Assembly: GCA_965612745.1 (NCBI GenBank)
Contig: CBFDTD010000001.1
Span: 6,937-70,936 of the forward strand
Source: an uncultured bacterium
Lineage (GTDB): Bacteria; Chloroflexota; Anaerolineae; B4-G1
DNA: 64,000 nt
Direction: 5' to 3'
Under the pieces are notes generated by a model. That model saw only the letters and a list, made by a program, of their open reading frames with translations. It did not search any database and was not told the DNA's origin. A program made the translations under genes and the position numbers. Positions within the stretch are counted from its first letter, which is position 1; every line of letters starts with the position of its first letter. Below, piece after piece: positions 1 through 8,745 of the stretch.

Positions 1-996
1 ACCAATCTGGAAATCGGTATCAACTGCTGGATTGGGGCGAAAGTGGAAGACGAGGGGGCGATCACCGTTCCAGCGCGCACCTTCATTGACCTGGTCAACG
101 CGCTGCCGCCGGAGCGGGTGGATATGGAACTGATCGTGCGCACGCAGACGCTCAATCTGCGCGCCGGCCGGAGTGAAGCGAACATCAAGGGGATTGATGC
201 ACAGGAGTTCCCCATCGTGCCGGTGCCTGAGGGAGAGGGAGGTATTCCTGTCGAACCAGATGTGCTGCGCACGGCAATTTCCCAGGTCACCTTCGCCGCT
301 GCCACCGATGAGAGCCGCCCTATTCTCACCGGGGTGCTGGCCAAGTTCGAGGACGCGCAACTCACGCTGGCCGCCGCCGATGGGTTCCGCCTCTCGGTGC
401 GCACCGTCTCGCTGCCTCAGTCCGTCTCCGATCCTTTCAACATCATTATCCCTGCCCGGGCGCTGGTCGAACTGGGACGCATCAGTGGCGAGCAGAAGGA
501 GCCCATTGTCATCATCATCACCCCCACCCGCAACCAGGTGCTCTTCCAACTCACCGACGTGGTGCTGGTGTCGCAATTGATTGACGGCAATTTTCCCGAT
601 TATCGGCAGATCATCCCCCGTGATTACACGACCCACACGGTGGTGGATACGGCTGCATTCCTGAAAGCGTGCAAAACGGCGCTCATCTTCGCCCGCGACG
701 CGGCCCACATCACGCGCCTGCACATCAAGCCGGGCACGGAGTTGGCCCCTGGCTCTATGCTCGTCTCCGCCACCTCAGCCGAGACCGGCGACGACGTGAG
801 CGAACTGGATGCCAGTATTGAGGGGGATGAGATTGAGATCGCCTTCAACGTCAAATATCTGATTGATGTGCTCTCGGTGGTCGGTACCCCTCAAGTCGCA
901 CTGGATACGACCACGCCCTCCAGCCCAGGCGTCATCAGGCCCGTGGGTGACCTGAATTTCACCCACGTGATTATGCCGATGCATTTGGGACGGTAG
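1..996 (+). CDS. dnaN: DNA polymerase III beta sliding clamp, 5'-truncated by the window edge (the reading frame is open from base 1)
   Basis: The translation of 43..996 has the beta-clamp domain II/III pattern and the frame continues to position 1 without a stop. It is followed by a hairpin plus T-tract. Confidence 0.85.
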   Translation, partial: TNLEIGINCWIGAKVEDEGAITVPARTFIDLVNALPPERVDMELIVRTQTLNLRAGRSEANIKGIDAQEFPIVPVPEGEGGIPVEPDVLRTAISQVTFAAATDESRPILTGVLAKFEDAQLTLAAADGFRLSVRTVSLPQSVSDPFNIIIPARALVELGRISGEQKEPIVIIITPTRNQVLFQLTDVVLVSQLIDGNFPDYRQIIPRDYTTHTVVDTAAFLKACKTALIFARDAAHITRLHIKPGTELAPGSMLVSATSAETGDDVSELDASIEGDEIEIAFNVKYLIDVLSVVGTPQVALDTTTPSSPGVIRPVGDLNFTHVIMPMHLGR

Positions 997-1014
997 TCTC
1001 CCTGTCAAGATGTC

Positions 1015-1054
1015 AAACGCCCTCAGAGGTACAGTCCTGAGGGCGTTTTATTTG
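1015..1054. terminator. Intrinsic terminator hairpin (aaacgccctcag...ctgagggcgtttta + tttatttga) between convergent dnaN and the GYD gene
   Basis: A 10-bp GC-rich inverted repeat followed by a T-run, read directly in the sequence. Confidence 0.5.
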
Positions 1055-1118
1055 ATGCCAGGCGCACTTGATGTGAAGTGGAGGGCCGATGAAAGCAGCC
1101 GTGATCGAAACCCCCGCA

Positions 1119-1415
1119 CTACACCTCTTCCAGGATGGCACGAAACTCGTCGAGCGGGATCGCGGTCAGCGTCTGAGTAGTGCCTGCGCCAAAGGTCTGT
1201 GCCAACAGCGCCACCTTGGTCGCGGTCCTCGCGTCGGGGGCCTCGAAGATGTGCAGGAAGTCGTACTCGCCCAGGAGCGCGTAACTGGCGATGCGCTTGG
1301 CCTCGGGACATTGCTCCGCCAGTTTCTGCTCAAACTCCCGATCCATCTCGCCCAGATTCTTGACCTCGCCTGGACTGCGCAGCGAGACCTTTGAGAGTAG
1401 AACAAACGTCGTCAT
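1119..1415 (-). CDS. GYD-domain protein (small, about 98 aa)
   Basis: The size and sequence pattern, including the ...EYDFLHIFEAPD...TATKVAL motif, are typical of the GYD family. Confidence 0.55.
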   Translation of the reverse strand: MTTFVLLSKVSLRSPGEVKNLGEMDREFEQKLAEQCPEAKRIASYALLGEYDFLHIFEAPDARTATKVALLAQTFGAGTTQTLTAIPLDEFRAILEEV

Positions 1416-1460
1416 CTGTCCTTTGTCCTCCTATCCGTCATTGTCTTGTGATCCGTCGTT

Positions 1461-3212
1461 CTACCGCCCGAACTCGCGGGCCAGTTGCTCCACGCTCAGG
1501 TGGATCATCGTCGGTCGCCCGTGGGGGCAGGTGCGTGGACTGGCGCATTGCTCCAGCGCCCGCACCAATTTTTCCATTTCCTCCTGCGCCAGTATCTGCC
1601 CGGCCTTGACCGCGGCCCGCTTGCAGACCTGGCGTGCCACCGCCTCTTCGACCGTGTCCGCCAGCGGCACATTGCCCGCTGAGAGTGCCGCCGCCACGTC
1701 CTCCAACACGCGAGCAGGGTCCGTCTCCGCCACGATCGCCGGGAGCGCACGCACCAGCATCGTCATCCCGCCAAAGGGCTCCACCCGAAAGCCCAGGCTA
1801 CCCAGCACATCCAGGTGCTCCTCCAGCAGGCTCGCCGCCTCGGGCGTCAGTTCCACCGGCACGGGCTCCAGCAGCGCCTGCGACGCGACCTCCGCCTGCT
1901 CTCGCTCCGCCAGCAGCCGCTCGAACAGCACCCGCTCGTGGGCAGCGTGCTGGTCAATCAGATACATCCCCTCCGGCCCTTCAGCCACGATGTAGGTTGC
2001 GCCCAACTGCCCCACCACCCGCAACGGTGGCAGTTTTCCCGCCGGTGGAGTAAAAACGCGCCCAGGTGCCTCCACATCCGGCCTCTCCCCCCTCAAGCGC
2101 AACTGTTCGCCGGCCGGTCGCGGTTTCAATCCGGTCAGCCGCTCGCGGCGCTCTCTCCATTGGGCAGATGGAGCGGGCCAGGCGGCGAGCGGACGGGCAG
2201 CGATGGGCACGGGGGAGCGCTCGAGCAACGTACGTCGCACCGCCTTCTGCACCGCTCGGAACACCGCATCGCTGTCGCGGAAGCGCACCTCGGCTTTGGC
2301 CGGATGCACGTTCACGTCCACCTCCTCTGGCGGCAGACGCACCATTACCACCGCCAGGGGATAGCGCCCGCTGGGGAGGAGCGTGTGGTAGGCTTGGATG
2401 ACCGCGTAGGTCAGGCGAACGTCCTGCACCCAGCGCCCGTTGACGAAGAGCGTGATGTAGCCCCGGTTGGCCCGATGCAGCGAGGGCGGACTGACGAAGC
2501 CCGTGACCCGGATGCCGGACACCGGTTGCTGGTCGTCGGGGACGATTTCCAGGACGGCGGCACCGACCTCCAGGCCGTAGACCGCGATGAGGACATCGCG
2601 CAAGCGGTCGTTGCCGGGCGACTGGAAGACGACCCGTCCATCGTGGGCCAGCGTGAAGCGCAATGCCGGGTAAGCCAGCGCATAGCGGGTGAGCCACCCG
2701 TCAATATGCCTCCGTTCGGTCCGCTCGGAGCGCAGAAACTTGCGGCGGGCGGGGACGTTGAAGAACAGATCCTCTACCGTCACCGCCGTCCCCGGCGGCC
2801 GCCCGCTTTCCTGGCGGGTGATCACCCGGCCCCCTTCCAGCCGCAGGAGCGTTCCCACCGGCTCATCTACTGCCCGCGTCACGAAGGTCACGCGGCTGAC
2901 GGCGGCGATGGATGCCAGCGCCTCGCCCCGAAAGCCCAGCGTGGTGATGCGGGCCAGGTCGTCCGCCGTGGTCAGTTTACTGGTCGAGTGGCGGTGAAAG
3001 GCCAACTCCACCTCGGCGGCCGGCACGCCGCAGCCATCGTCGGTCACGCGGATGGACCGCTTGCCGCCAGCGCGGGTCTCCACTCGCACGTCGTGTGCGC
3101 CGGCATCTATCGCGTTCTCGACCAGTTCCTTGACCACGGATGAGGGGCGCTCCACGACCTCGCCGGCGGCAATCTGTGAGGCGACCTCCTCCGGCAGCAC
3201 TCGAATGGACAT
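1461..3212 (-). CDS. mutL: DNA mismatch repair protein MutL
   Basis: The N-terminal GHKL ATPase motifs are present (MSIRVLPEEVASQIAAGEVVERPSSVVKELVENAIDAGA). The start was chosen at the MSIRVL Met rather than at the ORF-track start. Confidence 0.9.
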   Translation of the reverse strand: MSIRVLPEEVASQIAAGEVVERPSSVVKELVENAIDAGAHDVRVETRAGGKRSIRVTDDGCGVPAAEVELAFHRHSTSKLTTADDLARITTLGFRGEALASIAAVSRVTFVTRAVDEPVGTLLRLEGGRVITRQESGRPPGTAVTVEDLFFNVPARRKFLRSERTERRHIDGWLTRYALAYPALRFTLAHDGRVVFQSPGNDRLRDVLIAVYGLEVGAAVLEIVPDDQQPVSGIRVTGFVSPPSLHRANRGYITLFVNGRWVQDVRLTYAVIQAYHTLLPSGRYPLAVVMVRLPPEEVDVNVHPAKAEVRFRDSDAVFRAVQKAVRRTLLERSPVPIAARPLAAWPAPSAQWRERRERLTGLKPRPAGEQLRLRGERPDVEAPGRVFTPPAGKLPPLRVVGQLGATYIVAEGPEGMYLIDQHAAHERVLFERLLAEREQAEVASQALLEPVPVELTPEAASLLEEHLDVLGSLGFRVEPFGGMTMLVRALPAIVAETDPARVLEDVAAALSAGNVPLADTVEEAVARQVCKRAAVKAGQILAQEEMEKLVRALEQCASPRTCPHGRPTMIHLSVEQLAREFGR

Positions 3213-3323
3213 CAAATGACCTCCCACATTCATTTTATCACACAACTGCCTTCATTAAAAGCCTCCCGTCTTGGTGCGCAAACGGGGTGCGTTCGATCCG
3301 ATCTCCGAATCCGTTGACAGTTC

Positions 3324-3409
3324 CAGGGAACGTTTAGGAGTCCAAACTGCGTCGAAAAAGCACGGGCTCGCCCGCCGGAGGCTCCACTCGACGCTCTAAA
3401 CATTCCCTG
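3324..3409 (-). mobile_element. Internally deleted copy (about 86 bp) of the MITE-like element family, retaining both terminal inverted repeats
   Basis: The reverse complement reads cagggaatgtttagagcgtcg...agtggagcctccggcgggcgagcccgtg...ctttttcgacgcagtttggactcctaaacgttccctg. This matches the ends and 3' half of the elements at 6249 and 11277. Confidence 0.5.
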
Positions 3410-3439
3410 AATTTGACAATTCGCCTTCCCTGCGGTAAC

Positions 3440-3640
3440 ATAATAACGGTCGTGCTAGACGGGGAGCTGGCGGTGCCCTGTACCCGCAATCCGCCATAGC
3501 GGGGTCGAATTCCCTCCCGAGGGTCGGGCCACTCGATACTGTCGGCGTCAAGCGGTGTTGAAGACCGGGTCCTGCGCGGCAGGAGCCTCCGAACCCCGCC
3601 AGGTCCGGGAGGAAGCAACGGTAAGGAGCCCCTCCTGGGC
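3440..3640 (+). promoter_or_regulatory. Candidate c-di-AMP (ydaO/kimA-type) riboswitch in the long 5' leader of the YabE-like gene
   Basis: Three blocks occur in the expected order. ACGGGGAGC...ACCCG is at about 3459-3490. GGGGUCGAAUUCC is at about 3503-3515 and resembles GGGGUGAAUCC. CCGAACCCCGCCAGGUCCGGGAGGAAGC is at about 3589-3616 and resembles CCGAACCCGNCAGCUAACCUCGUAAGC. A downstream hairpin, ggaggcggcgg-caatc-ccgccgcctcc, sequesters an AGGAGG. The consensus is recalled from memory and was not computed. Confidence 0.35.
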
Positions 3641-3768
3641 GCCGCAGGGGTGCCTAGTCGGAGCCGGTTGATTCCGGTAAGCCGGGTGGTGCGGTTCGAC
3701 GGGGGGTGCACGACCATTCGTCAAAGGAGGCGGCGGCAATCCCGCCGCCTCCCTTGCACCGATAGCGT

Positions 3769-5187
3769 ATGGAGACAACCGCAACCATCCCGCTCAGACG
3801 TGTGCATTTGCCACGAGGACTCAAGGCGTTCGTGGCGCTGACGTTCATCGTCGCTACATTGGCGGCTACCTATCAGACGACGCTGACGCCAGTCACACTG
3901 GTGGTGGATGGTCAAGTGCAGCGGCTGCATACCCACCAGGATACCGTCGCTGCGCTGCTAATGGATGCCGACCTCACTATTCGCCCTGAGGACCTCGTCA
4001 CCCCCGCACCGGACACGCCGCTTAAGCCGGGCTTAATTGTGGAGGTATGGCGGGCCCGCCCCGTGCGTATCAGCGCCGATGGACACATCATCGCGCTCCG
4101 CACCCACGCCACATCGGTCAAGGCAGTGCTGGAGGAGGCGAAAATATCGCTGGGGCCGCACGACAGGGTAGAGGTCGAGGGAGAACTGCGCCCGACCAAT
4201 CCCAGCCTGGCCGACCCTCAACCTGCCCGCGTCACAGTCCACCGCGCCGTTCCCTTCACATTGCACGAGGACGGCCAGGCGACTACGCTCTACACCACCG
4301 CCCCCACCGTCGGAGAGGCGTTACGTCAGGCTGGGCTGACCCTCTACCTGGCCGATTATGTCCAGCCAGGTCTTGGTGAGCGCATATCGGCGGGGATGCA
4401 TATTTACGTTGAGCGCTCTATACCGGTGACGGTGCAGGTGGACGGACGGACAGTCCGCACCCGCACGCATCGGCAGCGCGTGGGTGAGGTACTGGCCGAT
4501 CTGGGCATCGTTCTCACCGGTCAGGACTATACTACACCTACACTCGACGCTCCCCTGGGAAAAGACACCGCCATCCGTGTTGTGCGCGTTAGCGAGCGCT
4601 TCCTGATCGAGCAAGAGCCCATCCCTTTCGAGACAGTGTGGCAGGCTGACCCAGACCTGGAGATTGACCATCAGCGGTTGTTGCAGGAAGGGATGCGGGG
4701 CATACTAGAACGCCGCATCCGCGTACGCTACGAGGATGGTCACGAGGTCGCACGGGCGGTTGAGGACGAGTACGTCGCTGTCCCGCCCATGAACAAGATC
4801 ATCGGCTATGGGACCAAGATCGTCATCCGTACTCTTGACACCCCATCCGGCCCGGTCGAGTACTGGCGCGTGATCCGCATGTTGGCGACCTCTTACTCGG
4901 CCGCGACGGCCGGCACGCCGAGGACCAGTCCCTATTATGGACGCACAGCCACGGGGATGAACATGGGATACGGCATCGTCGCCGTGGATCCACGGGTGAT
5001 CAATCTGCACAGCAGAGTCTACGTGCCCGGCTATGGTATCGGCATCGCTGGTGATACCGGCGGTGCGATCAGAGGGCGGCGCATTGACTTGGGGTACGAC
5101 GACGATAGCCTGGTGCTCTGGTACCGCTGGGTGGACGTCTATCTGCTGACCCCCGTGCCCGATAGGATTGATTACATCCTCGACTAG
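3769..5187 (+). CDS. YabE-like cell-wall protein with an N-terminal TM anchor, DUF348 repeats, a G5 domain and a C-terminal 3D (MltA-like) domain
   Basis: The G5-like segment (ETVWQADPDLE...IIGYGTK) and the C-terminal 3D-domain motifs (GIAGDTGGAIRGRRIDLGYDDD...VDVYLL) are present. Confidence 0.7.
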   Translation: METTATIPLRRVHLPRGLKAFVALTFIVATLAATYQTTLTPVTLVVDGQVQRLHTHQDTVAALLMDADLTIRPEDLVTPAPDTPLKPGLIVEVWRARPVRISADGHIIALRTHATSVKAVLEEAKISLGPHDRVEVEGELRPTNPSLADPQPARVTVHRAVPFTLHEDGQATTLYTTAPTVGEALRQAGLTLYLADYVQPGLGERISAGMHIYVERSIPVTVQVDGRTVRTRTHRQRVGEVLADLGIVLTGQDYTTPTLDAPLGKDTAIRVVRVSERFLIEQEPIPFETVWQADPDLEIDHQRLLQEGMRGILERRIRVRYEDGHEVARAVEDEYVAVPPMNKIIGYGTKIVIRTLDTPSGPVEYWRVIRMLATSYSAATAGTPRTSPYYGRTATGMNMGYGIVAVDPRVINLHSRVYVPGYGIGIAGDTGGAIRGRRIDLGYDDDSLVLWYRWVDVYLLTPVPDRIDYILD

Positions 5188-5196
5188 AGCCGGCCG

Positions 5197-6090
5197 ATGG
5201 ACGTGCGCCGATTGCTGGAGCAATGGGACCTCCGGCCAAGCAAGGGGCTGGGCCAGAATTTTCTCGTGGACCAGGCCGCACTAGAGAGAATCGTCGCCGC
5301 TGCTGAACTGACCCCCGATGACATCGTTTTGGAGGTCGGTGCGGGACTGGGGACGCTGACCAGACGGCTGGCTCAGAATGCCGGACACGTGGTGGCCGTC
5401 GAACTGGACCAACGGCTGATCCCTGTGTTACGGAGCGTCCTGGCCGACTTCGACAACGTCACGCTAGTCCAGGGCGACATCCTGTCGCTTGACCCCGTCG
5501 CCCTGATCGGCGCCGCCAACCTCCAATCTCCAACCCCAAACCTCCAATCTCCAACCCCAAACCTCCAATACAAAGTCGTCGCCAACCTTCCCTACTACAT
5601 CACCTCGGCCGTGCTGCGCCACTTGCTGGAGGCCAACCTCAAACCCCAGCGGATGGTGGTCACGGTGCAGCGGGAGGTGGCAGAGCGCATCGTCGCGCAG
5701 CCGGGACAGATGAGCCTGCTGGCAGTGAGCGTGCAATTCTACGGGCGGCCGCAACTGCTCTTTCGCATCAAGCCGGGCAGTTTCTATCCCCCGCCGGAGG
5801 TGGAATCAGCGGTGGTGCGGGTGGATCTCCATGCTGCACCGTCTGTGCCCGTGGGGGATACAGATACCTTCTTCCGCGTAGTGCGGGCCGGCTTCGCCCA
5901 GCGCCGCAAGCAACTCCGCAATGCCCTGGCCGCCGGCTTGGGGCTGTCACCCGAAGAGGCGGCGGCCAGATTGAGGGAAGTAGGCGTGGATCCCCGGCGG
6001 CGCGCACAGACGCTCAGCCTTGAGGAGTGGGCCAGGATCGTCCGTGCCTTAGGCACTGCTGCCCCCAGGGCTTTCCCAAAGTCCAGATAG
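5197..6090 (+). CDS. rsmA: 16S rRNA (adenine1518/1519-N6)-dimethyltransferase RsmA/KsgA, carrying an in-frame 21-bp tandem-repeat insertion
   Basis: The N-terminal GQNFLVD motif, the SAM-binding EVGAGLGTLT motif and the NLPYYI motif are all present. Confidence 0.9.
   Translation: MDVRRLLEQWDLRPSKGLGQNFLVDQAALERIVAAAELTPDDIVLEVGAGLGTLTRRLAQNAGHVVAVELDQRLIPVLRSVLADFDNVTLVQGDILSLDPVALIGAANLQSPTPNLQSPTPNLQYKVVANLPYYITSAVLRHLLEANLKPQRMVVTVQREVAERIVAQPGQMSLLAVSVQFYGRPQLLFRIKPGSFYPPPEVESAVVRVDLHAAPSVPVGDTDTFFRVVRAGFAQRRKQLRNALAAGLGLSPEEAAARLREVGVDPRRRAQTLSLEEWARIVRALGTAAPRAFPKSR
5516..5568 (+). repeat. 21-bp tandem repeat (aacctccaatctccaacccca), about 2.5 copies, in frame inside rsmA, encoding NLQSPTPNLQSPTPNLQ
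   Basis: The repeat is directly visible in the sequence. Confidence 0.85.
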
Positions 6091-6127
6091 GTTGGGTCTG
6101 GCTAAAATTCGTGGGGAGAAAAGGTCG

Positions 6128-6186
6128 GACGCCCCGCTTCAGCGGGGATTTTCCGGCTGCAGCCGGACGTCCAACCGATTTTAGCC
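6128..6186. repeat. REP-like double-hairpin element (ccccgcttcagcgggg + ccggctgcagccgg), family copy 1
   Basis: The same about 55-bp unit recurs at 31742-31848 (two copies) and at 56802-56850. Confidence 0.5.
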
Positions 6187-6248
6187 ACACCCAAATAGAT
6201 CAGCCAACCATTTGCCTTCACGTCGTGGGCGTGGTAGAATGAGTAATA

Positions 6249-6493
6249 CAGGGAACGTTCAGAGCGCCGTCTGGGTGCTGGCCATTCCCAAAAAGTCGCT
6301 GCCGGTTTCCCGCGCATCCGCCCGGCGGTGAACCACCGGGCTCAGCCGGCAAAGCCCTGCGGGCTGATCTCAGCCCCGAAGGGGCTTCGCTTTTGAGCCG
6401 GAGGCTTGAGCGTAGTGGAGCCTCCGGCGGGCGAGCCCGTGCTATGGCGGAAGCGACTTTTTCGACGCAGTTTGGACTCCTAAACGTTCCCTG
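6249..6493 (+). mobile_element. MITE-like element, about 245 bp, with terminal inverted repeats (cagggaacgtt...aacgttccctg) and long internal self-complementarity
   Basis: It is near-identical to 11277-11521. The TIRs are read directly. No transposase is encoded. Confidence 0.55.
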
Positions 6494-6526
6494 TTCACTC
6501 GCAATCTCAAAGGAGGTACGCTTCAA

Positions 6527-7573
6527 ATGAAGACCGAAAGTTTTCGTGGTCGCGACTTCATCACTTTGCTCGACTGGAGCAAGGAGGAAGTCGAGACCAT
6601 CCTGGACGTCGCCCTCGACCTGAAGAGACGGTACGCTATGGGCGAACTCCACGATCATATCCTGCGGGCCAAGACCCTGTTCATGATCTTCTACAACCAA
6701 TCCCTGCGCACCCGCAACTCCTTCGAAGCCGGGATGACCCAATTGGGCGGCCATGCCCATTACCTGGACCCCAGCAAGATCTACACCCCCGCCCTGCCCG
6801 GCAAAGAGGTGGCCTACTCCACCGAGCGCGTCTCCGACGTAGCGCGGGTGCTCTCCCGCATGGGCAATGCCATCGCCATCAGGTGTTATGGCGATCCGGT
6901 GGATTGGGTCTACGGCGGGGCCAACGAGATGATCCGCAACTTCGCCTACTGGGCCGACATCCCCGTGTTGAATATGGAAGACGATAAGTACCATCCCTTT
7001 CAGGCCCTGGCCGACGTCCTGACGGTCAAAGAGAAGTTCGGCACCTTCAAGGGCGTGAAATTCGTCATGTCCTGGGCCTACTCCCCCAGTGTCCACAAAC
7101 CCCGTGCGGTGCCCCAGAGCGCCATTATCGCCGCCACGATGATGGGCTGCGATACCGTGCTGGCCCATCCCCCGGAGATGGCGCTAGACCCCGAGGTCAT
7201 TGCCGCCTGCGAGAAATACGCCCAGATGAACGGCTCCTCCTTCGAGGTCGTCCACGATTTTGAGGAGGCGGCAAAGGGAGCCCACATTCTCTACCCCAAA
7301 GCCTGGGCGCCAGTTCAAATCTTCAAGCCCCCTGTGGGTGAGGACGACCCGCAACTGGCGCAGGAAATCTTCGATCGCTACAAGGACTGGAAGGCCACAC
7401 CCGAGTACATAGCCCTGGCCGATCCCAACGCCATTTATATGCACTGCCTGCCTGCCGATCGGAGTTGGGAGGTCGAGGACGAGGTCATTGATGGCCCACA
7501 GTCGGTGGTCTTCGACGAGGCCGAGAACCGACTGCACGTGCAGAAGGCAGTGATGAGTTTGGTGATGCGGTAG
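6527..7573 (+). CDS. YgeW-type (unknown/oxamate-type) carbamoyltransferase, paralog 1
   Basis: It belongs to the OTC/ATC superfamily. The carbamoyl-phosphate motif is SLRTRNSFE. The second-substrate loop motif is YMHCLPADRS. SWAYSPS...AHPPE blocks are present, and the overall pattern matches E. coli YgeW as recalled from memory. The RBS is aaaggagg. Confidence 0.75.
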   Translation: MKTESFRGRDFITLLDWSKEEVETILDVALDLKRRYAMGELHDHILRAKTLFMIFYNQSLRTRNSFEAGMTQLGGHAHYLDPSKIYTPALPGKEVAYSTERVSDVARVLSRMGNAIAIRCYGDPVDWVYGGANEMIRNFAYWADIPVLNMEDDKYHPFQALADVLTVKEKFGTFKGVKFVMSWAYSPSVHKPRAVPQSAIIAATMMGCDTVLAHPPEMALDPEVIAACEKYAQMNGSSFEVVHDFEEAAKGAHILYPKAWAPVQIFKPPVGEDDPQLAQEIFDRYKDWKATPEYIALADPNAIYMHCLPADRSWEVEDEVIDGPQSVVFDEAENRLHVQKAVMSLVMR

Positions 7574-7700
7574 CGAGTCAGCGAGTCGGCGAGTCAGCGA
7601 ATCAACGAATCAGCGCACTTGCAGACCTGCAAACTTGCAGACCTGCAAACTTGCAGCCTTGCAGACCTGCAAACTTGCAGCCTTGCAGACCTGCGGGAGG
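7574..7700. repeat. Two adjacent tandem 8-mer arrays in the spacer between the carbamoyltransferase paralogs. The first is (CGARTCRG)x5. The second is (CTTGCAGMC/CTGCAAA) in about 10 copies.
   Basis: The arrays are directly visible. ttgcagacctgcaa is itself near-palindromic. Confidence 0.85.
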
Positions 7701-7706
7701 AGTATA

Positions 7707-8744
7707 ATGGACCTGTATGGACGTGACTTTATCTGCACCCAGGACTGGACGTTCGATGAACTAATGGCGGTGCTCGATCTGGCGGCCAAGATGAAACGGG
7801 ATCGCTTCTCCGACCGCTGGACGAGCATCCTGAAGCACAAGACTTTCCTGATGTTCTTCTTCAACCCCTCGGTGCGCACACGCCTCTCCTTTGAGGCAGC
7901 AGCGACCGAACTGGGCGGCCACGCGCAGTTTATGACCCCCTCGGCGGGTCGCTTCAAGACGGAGAAGAAGGCCGGGGAGACCATCGAGGACGCCGCCCAG
8001 GTGATGGCCCGTTACGTGGCCGGCATAGGCATCCGCATCCTTGAGGACAAGATCCCCTACTACGGCGCGGGCGACGAGATGCTGCTGGAATACGCCCGGT
8101 GGGCCGACGTCCCCATCATCAACATGGCCGACGACCGCTTCCATCCCTGCCAGGCGCTGGCCGATGTGATGGGCTGGGCCGAGTGGTACGGCGAAGGCCC
8201 CGGTCGCCCGAATTACGAGGCCCTGCGTGGCAAGAAGTTCCTGCTCACCTGGGGCTCCGGCGCACTCGCCCGCTCCTGGTGCAGTGTGCAGGCCGCGCTG
8301 CTCATCGCCTCCCGCTTTGGCATGCACGTCACGATGGCCTACCCGGAGGGGTACGACCTCGACCCAGAGGTCATCGAATGGACCAGGCAGAACTGCTCCG
8401 CCAATGGAGCCTCCTTCGACATCGTCCACGACCCCGACAGCGGCTACGAAGGCGCGCACATCGTCTACTCCCGCAACTGGGTCAGCCCGGAGGCATACCA
8501 GGACGGCGTGTTCCAGAGGCAGGCCGAGATCGAGAAAGCGATGGCCCATCGGGGCTGGACGACCACCGCCGAGCGGATGGCCCGCACCGAGAACGCCATC
8601 TTCACCCACCCGATGCCGGTGGACCGGGGCAACGAGGTGACCGACGAGGTGGCTTCCGGCCCCCGCTCGGCCATCTACGACATCGCCGAGAACCGCCTGC
8701 ACGTGCAAAAGGCGCTGATGGCGCTGACGATGGGAGGGTATTGA
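7707..8744 (+). CDS. YgeW-family carbamoyltransferase, divergent paralog 2
   Basis: The motifs are SVRTRLSFE and HPMPVDRG (in place of HCLP), and the C-terminal ENRLHVQKALMAL is shared with paralog 1. The start was set at MDLYGRDFI after the gggaggag RBS, because the ORF-track start lies inside the repeat array. Confidence 0.7.
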   Translation: MDLYGRDFICTQDWTFDELMAVLDLAAKMKRDRFSDRWTSILKHKTFLMFFFNPSVRTRLSFEAAATELGGHAQFMTPSAGRFKTEKKAGETIEDAAQVMARYVAGIGIRILEDKIPYYGAGDEMLLEYARWADVPIINMADDRFHPCQALADVMGWAEWYGEGPGRPNYEALRGKKFLLTWGSGALARSWCSVQAALLIASRFGMHVTMAYPEGYDLDPEVIEWTRQNCSANGASFDIVHDPDSGYEGAHIVYSRNWVSPEAYQDGVFQRQAEIEKAMAHRGWTTTAERMARTENAIFTHPMPVDRGNEVTDEVASGPRSAIYDIAENRLHVQKALMALTMGGY

Positions 8745-8745
8745 T

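Noticed and set aside
1815-3143. 442-aa ORF on the plus strand, antisense to mutL. Similar long antisense ORFs occur at 7761..8813, 8099..8749, 35001..35825, 43188..44405, 57070..57720 and 24035..24718.
   Set aside because: They lie entirely inside well-supported genes on the opposite strand. Their translations are Arg/Gly/Pro/Ala-rich low-complexity typical of GC-rich shadow frames, with no recognisable motifs.
6218-7168. 316-aa minus-strand ORF, and 11255..11641 and 11031..11576, that share the peptide GTFRSPNCVEKVASAIARARPPEAPLRSSLRLKSEAPSGLRSARRAL
   Set aside because: The shared peptide is simply the translation of the MITE-like repeat. The ORFs also run antisense through the carbamoyltransferase gene or through non-coding DNA.
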